Shown here: piece after piece, positions 37,112 through 49,413 of the stretch | Numbering within the stretch: position 1 is the stretch's first letter | Layout: each line of letters starts with the position of its first letter | Assembly: GCA_018971045.1 (NCBI GenBank) | Contig: JAGWVF010000006.1 | Span: 176 to 64,175, forward strand | DNA: 64,000 bases | Direction: 5' to 3' | DNA from: Patescibacteria group bacterium | GTDB lineage: Bacteria; Patescibacteriota; Minisyncoccia; Phycocordibacterales; Phycocordibacteraceae | Translations under genes and position numbers: made by a program | Notes under the pieces: model-generated | Seen by the model: only the letters and a program-made list of their open reading frames with translations | Database searches by the model: none | Told to the model about the DNA's origin: nothing

Positions 37112-37414
37112 ATGGCGAAGAAGGTGATAGCTGGCGGGACGGCGCACGCCCTTCCGCCCGATTTGCGGAAAGCTCTCACCGCTGATTCGAGAGCGCTTGC
37201 GGCATGGGGGAGTCTCACGCCTCTCGCGCGTAATGAATGGATCTGTTGGACCGTCTCAGTTAAAAAATCGGAGACGAGGAGGGAGCACGTGGAGCGGGTG
37301 TGCGCGGAACTGAAAGAGGGAATGCGCCGGCCGTGCTGCTGGATCGGCTGTATTCATCGAACGGATAAGGCGATCAGCCGCTCGGTACGGGGAATACTCA
37401 ACGCGCGGGCTTAA
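37112..37414 (+). CDS. YdeI/OmpD-associated family protein
   Basis: LPPDLRKAL...W.SLTPLARNEWICW..SVKK.ETR. Confidence 0.8.
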   Translation: MAKKVIAGGTAHALPPDLRKALTADSRALAAWGSLTPLARNEWICWTVSVKKSETRREHVERVCAELKEGMRRPCCWIGCIHRTDKAISRSVRGILNARA

Positions 37415-37485
37415 TCGACCTCATGCCGGAACGAGGGCATATCGGCTTCGCGAACAATCCGCGATTCTCTGGTATCATACGGCGT

Positions 37486-38139
37486 ATGAAGACACTCCTT
37501 CTCGGCATCCTGCTCATCGTTATCATCGGCTTCGGCGGCTTAGTGTACCGGAACGCCGTCGAGCATCCGGCGATGCCGATCGCCTGCCCGCTTGACGCGC
37601 AGGTCTGCCCGGACGGCACGTCGGTGACGCGCACCGGTACGGCCTGCACCTTCCCGATCTGCCCCCCGCCGAACATTACCCTCGCGAAGCTCGCGATCTC
37701 CTTCGCGCTTCCGGCTGAATTGCGCGAAGCCGCGCTCTCCGATTCCTCCGGATTGGTGAACTATGATCTGGTTACGAACGCGTCGTCGACAACGGGAACG
37801 GGAGGAAGCGTCTCGATTTTCGAGTATCCGATCGCCGCTACCTCGACTGCGCTCGCCACGATTCAGGCGACCGCGATCGGCGGCGCCTCTGGCGCGCCGG
37901 TCAGCGTGACGTCGTATACTTCGACCGTGCTCGGGACGCACCGCTTCACGGTCGTTTCGATCGAGCGTTTCGAGGGCGTCGTGCACACGGCGTATTACCT
38001 CGCGCGTGCGACTGACGTGCTCCGTTTCGACGCGATCGACACCGGCGTCATGAACTGGACGGATCCGAACATGAAAGAGTCGGCGCTTCCCGCGCACGCC
38101 GCCCTTCTCAAGCTTCTTGCCACGCTACAAGGGCAATAG
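37486..38139 (+). CDS. Membrane-anchored/exported protein with CPR Cys-rich motif
   Basis: Signal/TM segment then ACPLDAQVCPDGTSVTR....CTF..CP. Confidence 0.75.
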   Translation: MKTLLLGILLIVIIGFGGLVYRNAVEHPAMPIACPLDAQVCPDGTSVTRTGTACTFPICPPPNITLAKLAISFALPAELREAALSDSSGLVNYDLVTNASSTTGTGGSVSIFEYPIAATSTALATIQATAIGGASGAPVSVTSYTSTVLGTHRFTVVSIERFEGVVHTAYYLARATDVLRFDAIDTGVMNWTDPNMKESALPAHAALLKLLATLQGQ

Positions 38140-38182
38140 CCGCGGGTGTTATAATTAAGACATCCATAACGCATTTAATAAT

Positions 38183-39022
38183 ATGAACAGCAACTTCTTT
38201 TCCGAATTGTTCGATACGAGAGGGATGCGCTACGCGCTCATCGCCGTTTTCGCGCTTCTCGCGTTCTACCTCTTCGCGCAGACGATCACCACGGTTCAGG
38301 ATTTCGGCCGATCAGGCGTTCCCGCGACTGATACGATCACGGTGCAGGGCGACGGGCAGGCGACGCTACCGCCGGACGTCGCGCGCGTTTCCTTTACGGT
38401 ACAGAACACTGCCGCCGCGGTCGCCGACGCGCAGGTCGCGACAACCAAACAGACCAATACCGCCATCGACGCGGTGAAAGCGCTCGGCATCGCGGACAAG
38501 GATATCAAGACGCAGTCGTACACCATCACGCCGCAGTATTCCTACCCGCGCTGTCCGACGCCTATCATGCCGATGTCAAGCGGACCGATGGTATCGGATC
38601 AGACCGCGGTGTACTGCAATTCCACCCCGAAGATCACCGGGTATCAAGTCGCGCAGTCGATTCGAGTAACGATGCGCGATCTCACCAAGGTCGGGACTCT
38701 TCTCGAGAAACTCGGAACGCTCGAGGTACAAAATGTCTACGGCCCCGACTTCGCGCTTGATGATGCCACAGCCGGCTACGACGCCGCGCGCGCCGACGCG
38801 ATCGATAAGGCGAAGACGCAGGCGATGCTTCTCGCGAAGCAGCTCGGCGTTCACCTGGGGAAGATCGTGAACTTCACGGAATCAAACGGCGGATACCCTT
38901 ACCCGATGCCCTACACGGCGATGTCTGCAGGCTTGGGCGGCGCCAAGGCCGCGGCGCCGACAATCCCGACCGGCGAGAATACTTACAACGCCTCCGTCTC
39001 CATCACCTACGAAATCCGCTAA
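38183..39022 (+). CDS. SIMPL (DUF541) domain protein
   Basis: TITVQGDG....PD.A, DIKT, AR..AI.KAK..A..LA..LG, V.ITYEI. Confidence 0.88.
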   Translation: MNSNFFSELFDTRGMRYALIAVFALLAFYLFAQTITTVQDFGRSGVPATDTITVQGDGQATLPPDVARVSFTVQNTAAAVADAQVATTKQTNTAIDAVKALGIADKDIKTQSYTITPQYSYPRCPTPIMPMSSGPMVSDQTAVYCNSTPKITGYQVAQSIRVTMRDLTKVGTLLEKLGTLEVQNVYGPDFALDDATAGYDAARADAIDKAKTQAMLLAKQLGVHLGKIVNFTESNGGYPYPMPYTAMSAGLGGAKAAAPTIPTGENTYNASVSITYEIR

Positions 39023-39100
39023 TTGACGCATTTCGCGGAGTAGGGTATGCTCTCAGTATTGAGAGCCCGCAGGGCTTTTTTATTTGCTAATCGCCAGGAT

Positions 39101-39286
39101 ATGACGTCACCCTTTGCTTATCTGAAACAGGTGCGCGACGAATTCGCCCACGTCGTATGGCCTTCTGGTCGTACGGCGATCGCCCACACGCTCGTGGTTA
39201 TCGGCATTGCCGTAGCGATCACGATTCTCGTGGGCGCGCTCGACTATCTTTTCGGCCTGATGGTGAGCCGCGTCGCGGGCGGATAA
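39101..39286 (+). CDS. secE: Preprotein translocase subunit SecE
   Basis: YLKQVRDEFAHVVWPS, TM, upstream of nusG. Confidence 0.9.
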   Translation: MTSPFAYLKQVRDEFAHVVWPSGRTAIAHTLVVIGIAVAITILVGALDYLFGLMVSRVAGG

Positions 39287-39296
39287 TTTTTATCCT

Positions 39297-39941
39297 ATGG
39301 ATACTCACCCAATGCACAGCGGCGAAGCAGACGCGTCTCTCCCCGAAGAGATCGGAATGGCTGACATCGCGCCGTCTCTACCGAAAGTGGTACGCGATGA
39401 GACGATCGCGCGTCCGGAGGACGCGCGCTGGTATACGATTCACACCTACGCCGGTTATGAGAACGCGGTGGAGCGTAATCTGCGGCAGCGCATCGAGTCT
39501 CTCGGAATGGAGAATAAGATATTCAAAGTCATCGTTCCGACTGAAAAAAAGATTCGGGTAAAGGGCGGCAAGCGCATCGTCGAAGAGGAGAAGATTTATC
39601 CCGGCTATATCCTCGTGAACATGATCGTTAACGACGATTCGTGGTTCGTGGTGCGCAATACGCCAAGGGTGACCGGATTCGTCGGATCGGGCAATACGCC
39701 GGTTCCGATGGAGGAGGCGGAGGTCGCTTCGCTCATGAAGCGGATGACCGCTGAAGCTCCGAAGCACCGCATCGACCTCGTGAAGGACGATCCGATCGTG
39801 ATCGTCGACGGTCCGTTCAAGGATCTTGAAGGGAAAGTAGGCGATATCGATGAAGATCGCGGCAAGGTGAAGGTGATGGTCTCGATGTTCGGTCGGGAGA
39901 CGCCGGTCGAGCTCGATTTCCTCCAGATCAGGAAGCTCTAG
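39297..39941 (+). CDS. nusG: Transcription factor NusG
   Basis: WYTIHTYAGYE, PGYILV, VRNTPRVTGFVG, MFGRETPVELDF. Confidence 0.96.
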   Translation: MDTHPMHSGEADASLPEEIGMADIAPSLPKVVRDETIARPEDARWYTIHTYAGYENAVERNLRQRIESLGMENKIFKVIVPTEKKIRVKGGKRIVEEEKIYPGYILVNMIVNDDSWFVVRNTPRVTGFVGSGNTPVPMEEAEVASLMKRMTAEAPKHRIDLVKDDPIVIVDGPFKDLEGKVGDIDEDRGKVKVMVSMFGRETPVELDFLQIRKL

Positions 39942-39977
39942 GCATTTTGACGATACTAAGGTAATCTCTCTGCATAT

Positions 39978-40397
39978 ATGGCAACTGTCGTAAAGAAAAT
40001 CAAACTCCAGATCCCGGGCGGAGCCGCAACGCCTGCGCCTCCGGTTGGAACGGCGCTCGGCCCGGCGGGCGTGAATATCGGGCAGTTCGTGACCCAGTTT
40101 AACGCCGCGACTGCCGACAAACGGGGGACGATTATTCCGATCGAGTTGTCGGTCTACGATGACCGCACGTTTACGTTCATCATGAAGAATCCGCCGGCTT
40201 CGCGGCTTATCTTGAAGGCGCTCGGGATCGAGAAGGGATCGAGCAAGGTACGGGAGAAGAAGGCGGGCGTCATCACTGCGGCGCAGATCGCGGAGATCGT
40301 GAAAGAGAAGATGCCGGATATGAACGCCGCCAGCCCCGAGGCCGCCGCGCGCACGATCGCCGGCACTGCCCGGAGCATGGGCATCGACGTGAAGTAA
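39978..40397 (+). CDS. rplK: 50S ribosomal protein L11
   Basis: [25 protein letters not shown]. Confidence 0.97.
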   Translation: MATVVKKIKLQIPGGAATPAPPVGTALGPAGVNIGQFVTQFNAATADKRGTIIPIELSVYDDRTFTFIMKNPPASRLILKALGIEKGSSKVREKKAGVITAAQIAEIVKEKMPDMNAASPEAAARTIAGTARSMGIDVK

Positions 40398-40411
40398 GTG
40401 AGTGAGATACA

Positions 40412-40452
40412 AAAAGCAACACCGCGCTCCCTCGGGGCGCGGTGTTGCTTTT
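40412..40452 (+). terminator. Strong intrinsic terminator after rplK
   Basis: AAAAGCAACACCGCGC...GCGCGGTGTTGCTTTT. Confidence 0.85.
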
Positions 40453-40521
40453 ATCGAGAGAGAACGTAGAGTGTGTCCGGACAGTACTGTTGCTGTTACA
40501 CCACGAAAGGCAGGTAGAGAG

Positions 40522-41346
40522 ATGGCTTCTTCATTTGACGAGATCAGTATTCGCGTTCTTGCGCGGACGGTCGTGGATCGCGAGGCGGTTCGCGAATGGC
40601 TCGACGAGATGGGAGCCGACGAGTTCGAGATCCCCGATCCGGAAGCAGTAAGCGATCCGGGGCTTCTCGTGGCGCTCGCGGCCAAGCAATGCTACATGGC
40701 GTTTCAGCCCGGGCTCAATCCGAACGTGAACAAGGTTCGCAAGGACATGATTGATTACCTCGACAACGTCTTAAAGCAGAAGCACGGGTCGGTTCTCGAG
40801 CACGCCGTTTTCACGATCGGGATCAATGGCTGTTCCCGGGTCTTCACGGGCGAGATGAATCGACATCGTGCTGGTGTCGGCATCTCAGAGCGAAGTATGC
40901 GGTATGTCCGCTACACCGACATCCGGTTCTGGATGCCCGAGTGTTTCCGTGAGGCAGACGATGACACAGGCGAGATCGCCGAAAAGAAGCGCCGCAGTCG
41001 CGAATTGCTGACCGAACAGTTCGCCAGTCAGGAGCAAATGATGGCAGGATTCGCTACTATCTGGGCCGAGGAACTCGCCCCTTCGAGCACCTTTCATGCC
41101 AAGAAAGTGCTCACCTCGGCCTTTCGTCGCGGCATCGGTATGGGGATCGCGACGGGCGGTGTGTGGAGCCTTAATCTACGTGCCCTTCGCCACGTGATTG
41201 CTCTGCGTACCGAGGCGGGTGCCGAGGAGGAGATCGTACACGTCTTCAGGAAAGTTGGCGCTCTCATGCTCACACAAGCTCCCGAGATCTTCGGCGACTT
41301 CAAGTTAATTGATGGCGTGTGGGTGCCTGAATACTGGAAAGTCTGA
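40522..41346 (+). CDS. thyX: Flavin-dependent thymidylate synthase
   Basis: HGSVLEH, SRVFT.E..RHR.....SERSMRY, NLRALRH...LR, A.EEI. Confidence 0.92.
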   Translation: MASSFDEISIRVLARTVVDREAVREWLDEMGADEFEIPDPEAVSDPGLLVALAAKQCYMAFQPGLNPNVNKVRKDMIDYLDNVLKQKHGSVLEHAVFTIGINGCSRVFTGEMNRHRAGVGISERSMRYVRYTDIRFWMPECFREADDDTGEIAEKKRRSRELLTEQFASQEQMMAGFATIWAEELAPSSTFHAKKVLTSAFRRGIGMGIATGGVWSLNLRALRHVIALRTEAGAEEEIVHVFRKVGALMLTQAPEIFGDFKLIDGVWVPEYWKV

Positions 41347-41390
41347 CTCGCGGAGCGCGGAATCACCCTCTAAGGGTTACTGAAGGCATA

Positions 41391-41417
41391 AACCGGCGCC
41401 CCGAAGGGGCGCCGGTT
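41391..41417. terminator. Hairpin between convergent thyX and dcd
   Basis: AACCGGCGCCCC-GAA-GGGGCGCCGGTT. Confidence 0.75.
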
Positions 41418-41419
41418 CT

Positions 41420-42118
41420 TCATTTCTTTTTCGGCCGAGTTTCCATCGATTTTGCGTCTCGATCCGTCCACAGTCTTGGAATCATTGACTCGGGCTTCCA
41501 TAGTTTCTTCAGTTGAGTGACACTGGTCGATGTTTGGTATTTCCCGGTTGCCGCGTAATCTTTCCCCACGATGGGGCCGGTTTCAAAGAACACGATTTGG
41601 GCGATGCGTCGGCCTACTACGAGCGGGATAATATAGTTTTGGGAATTGTTCGTGATTTCCATGGTCCAGCGATTGACATACCCGACATCACCCCAGCCGG
41701 CGCACTTGCAGACTTCGATAAAATTGCGCCCCATTGATGAACGAGCTTTCATCATCGTAGTGATATGGCCTTTCCCGCCAATAAACTCATTTGTATGGGC
41801 CAGTACCGTTTCTCCCGGGCGGAGCAAGATAATCTTGTCGTTCGGGTGAATGCCACGCCATTTGAAATTGTATTTTTTTAATGTCTCTTTCGCGGTCTTG
41901 GCGCGTTCTGCCTTGTTGGCTCCCCAGACATGTCGAACATGTTCTTCATCCCAGATGTTGTAGAGGCTATGGTCGTATTTCGTCGGCTGCTCTCTGAAGA
42001 ACCACTCGCCGAGCGTAACATCGTAGCTTGAAGTGGCAAGGTTCTCGCGTTTAAACGGAAAGATCACAATCGACCCTTCTTTCATTGCTTCAAGAATACG
42101 TTTGTCGGATAGTGCCAT
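41420..42118 (-). CDS. dcd: dCTP deaminase family protein
   Basis: LSDKRI, SYDVTLG, ARSSMGR, AGWGDVGY, TMEITN, RIAQIVF. Confidence 0.88.
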   Translation of the reverse strand: MALSDKRILEAMKEGSIVIFPFKRENLATSSYDVTLGEWFFREQPTKYDHSLYNIWDEEHVRHVWGANKAERAKTAKETLKKYNFKWRGIHPNDKIILLRPGETVLAHTNEFIGGKGHITTMMKARSSMGRNFIEVCKCAGWGDVGYVNRWTMEITNNSQNYIIPLVVGRRIAQIVFFETGPIVGKDYAATGKYQTSTSVTQLKKLWKPESMIPRLWTDRDAKSMETRPKKK

Positions 42119-42174
42119 CGTGTCGGCATAGTACCACGCCAGCAATTTCGGAAAATGTGGAGTAGGATAGCGCC

Positions 42175-43434
42175 ATGTATTCTCATATCAAGAAGCAGGA
42201 CAAGGAAGTCTTCGGAGCGATTGCGGGCGAAGACAAACGGCAGAGGGAAGGGCTTGAGCTTATTCCGTCTGAAAATTACGTGAGTGCGGCCGTGAAGGAG
42301 GCGATGGCCTCGTCCCTCACGAATAAATATTCAGAGGGGTACCCGGGGCGCCGCTACTACGGCGGGCAACAGTTTACCGATGCGATCGAGATGGTCGCGA
42401 TCGAGCGCGCCAAGAAGCTCTTCGGCGCGAAGTATGCAAATGTGCAGCCGCTTGGCGGCGCAAATGCGAATATTGCGATGTATTTCGCGCTCCTTCAGCC
42501 CGGCGACACGGTGCTCGGCATGGATCTTTCCCACGGCGGGCACCTGACCCACGGCCACCCGGTGACCTACCTCACCAAGATTTATACTTTCGTGCACTAT
42601 CAGATGAAAAACGTCGAGACTGGCGAGATCGACTACGAGGCGATGCGCCGCACGGCCAAGAAGGTGAAGCCGAAGATTGTTCTCGCAGGTTTCTCGGCGT
42701 ATCCGCGCGAGCTCGATTATACAAAGTTTGTTGCGATCGCGCGGGAGGTGGGCGCGATCGCGGTGATGGATATCGCGCACATCGCGGGACTTATTGCGGG
42801 GAAGGCGGTGCGGAACCCGTTTGACGACGGTTTCGATATTATGACCACCACGACCCACAAGGCGCTCCGCGGTCCCCGCGGCGGACTCATCCTCGTGCGC
42901 GAGAGCGAGGAGCTCGCGAAGAAGATCGATAAAGCCGTATTTCCTGGTCTCCAAGGCGGCCCGCATATGCACCAGATCGCTGCGAAGGCGGTCGCCTTTG
43001 GCGAAGCGCTCAAGCCTTCGTTTAAAAAGTACGCGAAGCAGATTTTGAAAAATACGAAGGCGATGGAGAAAGTGTTTAAGAAGCACGGCGCGCGGATGAT
43101 CGCGGGCGGCTCCGACAACCATCTCATTCTCCTTGATGTTTCGGAATCGTTTCAGATCTCGGGCGCCGAAGCCGAAGCGCTTCTCGATCGGGCGGGGATG
43201 ACGCTTAATAAAAACGTCATCGCAGACGACACGCGGAAGCCCATGGATCCCTCAGGGATCCGCTTCGGCACGCCGGCCGTCACCACGCGCGGATTTAAGG
43301 AGAAGGACTGCGCGCAGGTTGCCGAGCTCATGATCGAGGTCCTCACGAAGCGCAACGACGCGACCGTCGAGAAGGCAAGGAGAGCGATTAAAAAGCTCGC
43401 GCTCACGCACCCGATTCCCGAATCGTTCCCATAA
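42175..43434 (+). CDS. glyA: Serine hydroxymethyltransferase
   Basis: LIPSENY, YSEGYPGRRYYGG, GGHLTHG, TTTHKALRGPRGG. Confidence 0.97.
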   Translation: MYSHIKKQDKEVFGAIAGEDKRQREGLELIPSENYVSAAVKEAMASSLTNKYSEGYPGRRYYGGQQFTDAIEMVAIERAKKLFGAKYANVQPLGGANANIAMYFALLQPGDTVLGMDLSHGGHLTHGHPVTYLTKIYTFVHYQMKNVETGEIDYEAMRRTAKKVKPKIVLAGFSAYPRELDYTKFVAIAREVGAIAVMDIAHIAGLIAGKAVRNPFDDGFDIMTTTTHKALRGPRGGLILVRESEELAKKIDKAVFPGLQGGPHMHQIAAKAVAFGEALKPSFKKYAKQILKNTKAMEKVFKKHGARMIAGGSDNHLILLDVSESFQISGAEAEALLDRAGMTLNKNVIADDTRKPMDPSGIRFGTPAVTTRGFKEKDCAQVAELMIEVLTKRNDATVEKARRAIKKLALTHPIPESFP

Positions 43435-43471
43435 CGGTTCTCAGGAACGCGTCGTTTGTTATACTTTCGAT

Positions 43472-45121
43472 ATGGAAGAGCGAATCCGTAAAGCGGTAGA
43501 GGAGGCGCTTGCGGCGCTTGGAGCGGAGGGAGTCGGATTTTCGGTTGAACGACCGAATAATGCGGCGTACGGTGATTATACGACCAATGCGGCCTTGGTT
43601 GCGGCGAAGAAGCTCGACAGGAATCCGCGCGAGCTCGCGGACTCGCTCGCGTCGGCGCTCATGAGCGCTCTCGGCGAGACCGTCGCGAGCCATGTGGCGG
43701 TCGCGGGTCCCGGTTTCGTAAACATCACTCTGGCGCGCGAGGCGATCTCGCTTGCAGTCGCCGAAGCCGGCGCGCAGGAGCGCGCGTGGGGGAAGGGCGG
43801 CGCCGAGGAAGGGAAGCGCGCCATTATCGAATATTCCAATCCGAATGCTTTTAAAGAAATGCATATCGGGCATTTGGTGGGGACCGTGGTCGGCGAAGCG
43901 ACTGCGCGCCTTATCGAGAATGCCGGAGCGACAGTGATGCGCGATACTTTCGGGGGAGACATCGGACCGAATGTCGCCAAGGCTCTTTGGAGTCTGGAGA
44001 AGAAGGGCACCGTCGAACCAATCACGGCGAGCGAGATCGGCGGCGCGTATGTCGCCGGCGCGGCGGCGTATGAGGCGGATGCAAAGGCAAAAGAAGAGAT
44101 CGACGCGCTCAATCAGAGGCTCTATGCGGGCATCGACACGGATCTCATGGAGTTGTGGAGAAAAGGGCGCGACGTTTCGGTCGCCGAGTTTCGCCGTCTC
44201 TGGGGGCTTCTTGGCGCGCGTTTTGATTTCGAATTTTTTGATAGCGATACGACCGAGACAGGCATGCGGGTGGTGAAGGATGGCCTTATGAAGGGAATCT
44301 TTTCCGTGAGCAACGGCGCTATTATCTATCCCGGCGAAGAGAAAGGTGTGCACACGATGGTATTCATCACCTCGCACGATACGCCCACCTATGAGGCAAA
44401 GGATATCGGCCTCGCTTTCCTCAAAGAGGAGCGATGGCCGTCGGATCGCTCGATTGTCATCACCGGGAATGAACAGACCGGACGGTTCCAAACGATACTC
44501 GCGGCGCTTAGCGAAGTCGCTCCCGCCCTTGCCGCGAAAACCGAGCATCTCGCCACCGGCTTTTTGAAATTGACATCGGGGAAGATGTCTTCCCGCGAGG
44601 GAAGCGTGATTACCGCGTCTGCATTCATCTCGAGCATTATCGAGCGAGCGAGCGAGAAGAGCGCAGACCCGCTCGTTGCCGAGCAGGTGGCGATCGGCGC
44701 GATTAAGTTTATGATCCTGCGGCAAGCGCCGGGTTCGGACATTATTTTTGATCCCGAGAAATCGCTGTCGCTTGAGGGCGATTCGGGGCCCTATCTCCAG
44801 TATGCGCTTGTTCGGGCGCGGTCGGTGTTGCGGAATGCGGAAAGAAAGGCGGAGAGCCGGGCGCCGGAGGCGCCGTACATGATCGAAAGGCTGATCGTTC
44901 ATTTCCCGGAGGTGGCCGCGCGCGCCGCGCGCGAACTCGCGCCGAACCTTCTCGTGAACTATCTTCTCGAGATCGCGGGGGAATGGAACTCTTTTTACGC
45001 GAAGGAGCGCATCATCGGCGGGGACCATGAAGCGCAGAAGCTGCGTATCGCGCGGGCTTTTGCGCAGACGATGACGAACGGTCTCTCGCTTCTCGGTATC
45101 CCCACACCCGAGAAGATGTAG
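43472..45121 (+). CDS. argS: Arginine--tRNA ligase
   Basis: GDYTTN, GPGFVN, EYSNPN..K.MHIGH, KMSSREG, GPYLQYA. Confidence 0.95.
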   Translation: MEERIRKAVEEALAALGAEGVGFSVERPNNAAYGDYTTNAALVAAKKLDRNPRELADSLASALMSALGETVASHVAVAGPGFVNITLAREAISLAVAEAGAQERAWGKGGAEEGKRAIIEYSNPNAFKEMHIGHLVGTVVGEATARLIENAGATVMRDTFGGDIGPNVAKALWSLEKKGTVEPITASEIGGAYVAGAAAYEADAKAKEEIDALNQRLYAGIDTDLMELWRKGRDVSVAEFRRLWGLLGARFDFEFFDSDTTETGMRVVKDGLMKGIFSVSNGAIIYPGEEKGVHTMVFITSHDTPTYEAKDIGLAFLKEERWPSDRSIVITGNEQTGRFQTILAALSEVAPALAAKTEHLATGFLKLTSGKMSSREGSVITASAFISSIIERASEKSADPLVAEQVAIGAIKFMILRQAPGSDIIFDPEKSLSLEGDSGPYLQYALVRARSVLRNAERKAESRAPEAPYMIERLIVHFPEVAARAARELAPNLLVNYLLEIAGEWNSFYAKERIIGGDHEAQKLRIARAFAQTMTNGLSLLGIPTPEKM

Positions 45122-45151
45122 CTTGCGCGATGAGAAACGATGCGCTAATTT

Positions 45152-45349
45152 CTCGTTTATGGTTGCACGCTGTGTGCAGCCATAAACCGAGGAGTTGCGA
45201 ATGAAGAAGACTCTGAATGCGCGGCGGCGAGAAGCGTGGTCCCGTACTCGGAAACGCGGGAATCGCACGTGGCAGAATAATAAGCCGCATCCGCCGAGAC
45301 CCAGGCGGGAGCCGCAGGTCGCCGCGACTTAATGTAGCAATGAACTCGG
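45152..45349 (+). other. Structured intergenic element (candidate ncRNA/leader) containing a 43-codon basic sORF at 45201-45332
   Basis: Several stems seen by eye; GAGGAG SD before ATG 45201; followed by terminator. Confidence 0.45.
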
Positions 45350-45375
45350 AAACAGCCGCTCTGGCGGCTGTTTTC
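45350..45375 (+). terminator. Intrinsic terminator upstream of ileS
   Basis: AAACAGCCGC-TCTG-GCGGCTGTTTT. Confidence 0.8.
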
Positions 45376-45407
45376 ATTTCCGCCGCAAGACGTTAGGATA
45401 CGTGAAT

Positions 45408-48819
<3,412 letters not shown>

Positions 48820-48830
<11 letters not shown>

Positions 48831-49389
48831 GTACGAGACGCGCGCGCTTGTTCTCGCGCGGACGCCGCTCGGCGAAGCGAATGCGCTCATTACGCTCATC
48901 ACGTCGGGACTCGGACTGGTGCGGGCGCGCGCGCAAGGCGTGCGCCGGTCCGGAGCGAAGCTCGCGCCGGCGCTTACGACGTTTGCGGAAAGTTCGGTGC
49001 TTCTTGTGCGAGGGAAGGAGGGCTGGCGCATCGCGGGAGCCGTGCTTGAAGAGCGGTGGTTATTAAGACTCGAGCGGCTACAGGCGCGCGCGATCGCGAC
49101 CCGCATCGCGGGACTTCTGGTCCGCCTCGTCGCCGATGAAGTGCGGGAACCGGATATCTTCCCGCTTGTCCAAGGATTCTTTACGGCGCTCGCTACCTTG
49201 CCGGAGAAGGATTATGAGGCGGCAGAAATACTCGCCGCGCTCCGGCTACTGGCGGTGCTCGGCTTCGATGCGGGAGAAATTCCGGGCGCGATCGCTGATT
49301 TTTCTCCCGGACCTCTCGCGGCAGTGAGCGAGGAGCGCGCCGGATCGATCGCGCGCGTCAATCGAGGTATCGCCGTCTCCGGACTCTGA
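48820..49389 (+). CDS. recO: DNA repair protein RecO (short)
   Basis: [29 protein letters not shown]...KL. Confidence 0.85.
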
Positions 49390-49413
49390 TTTCTTGTTGT
49401 ATACTGTAATTCA

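Noticed and set aside
45152-45375. T-box riboswitch upstream of ileS
   Set aside because: The expected position, but no GGTGGNACC T-box bulge or recognisable stem I motifs.
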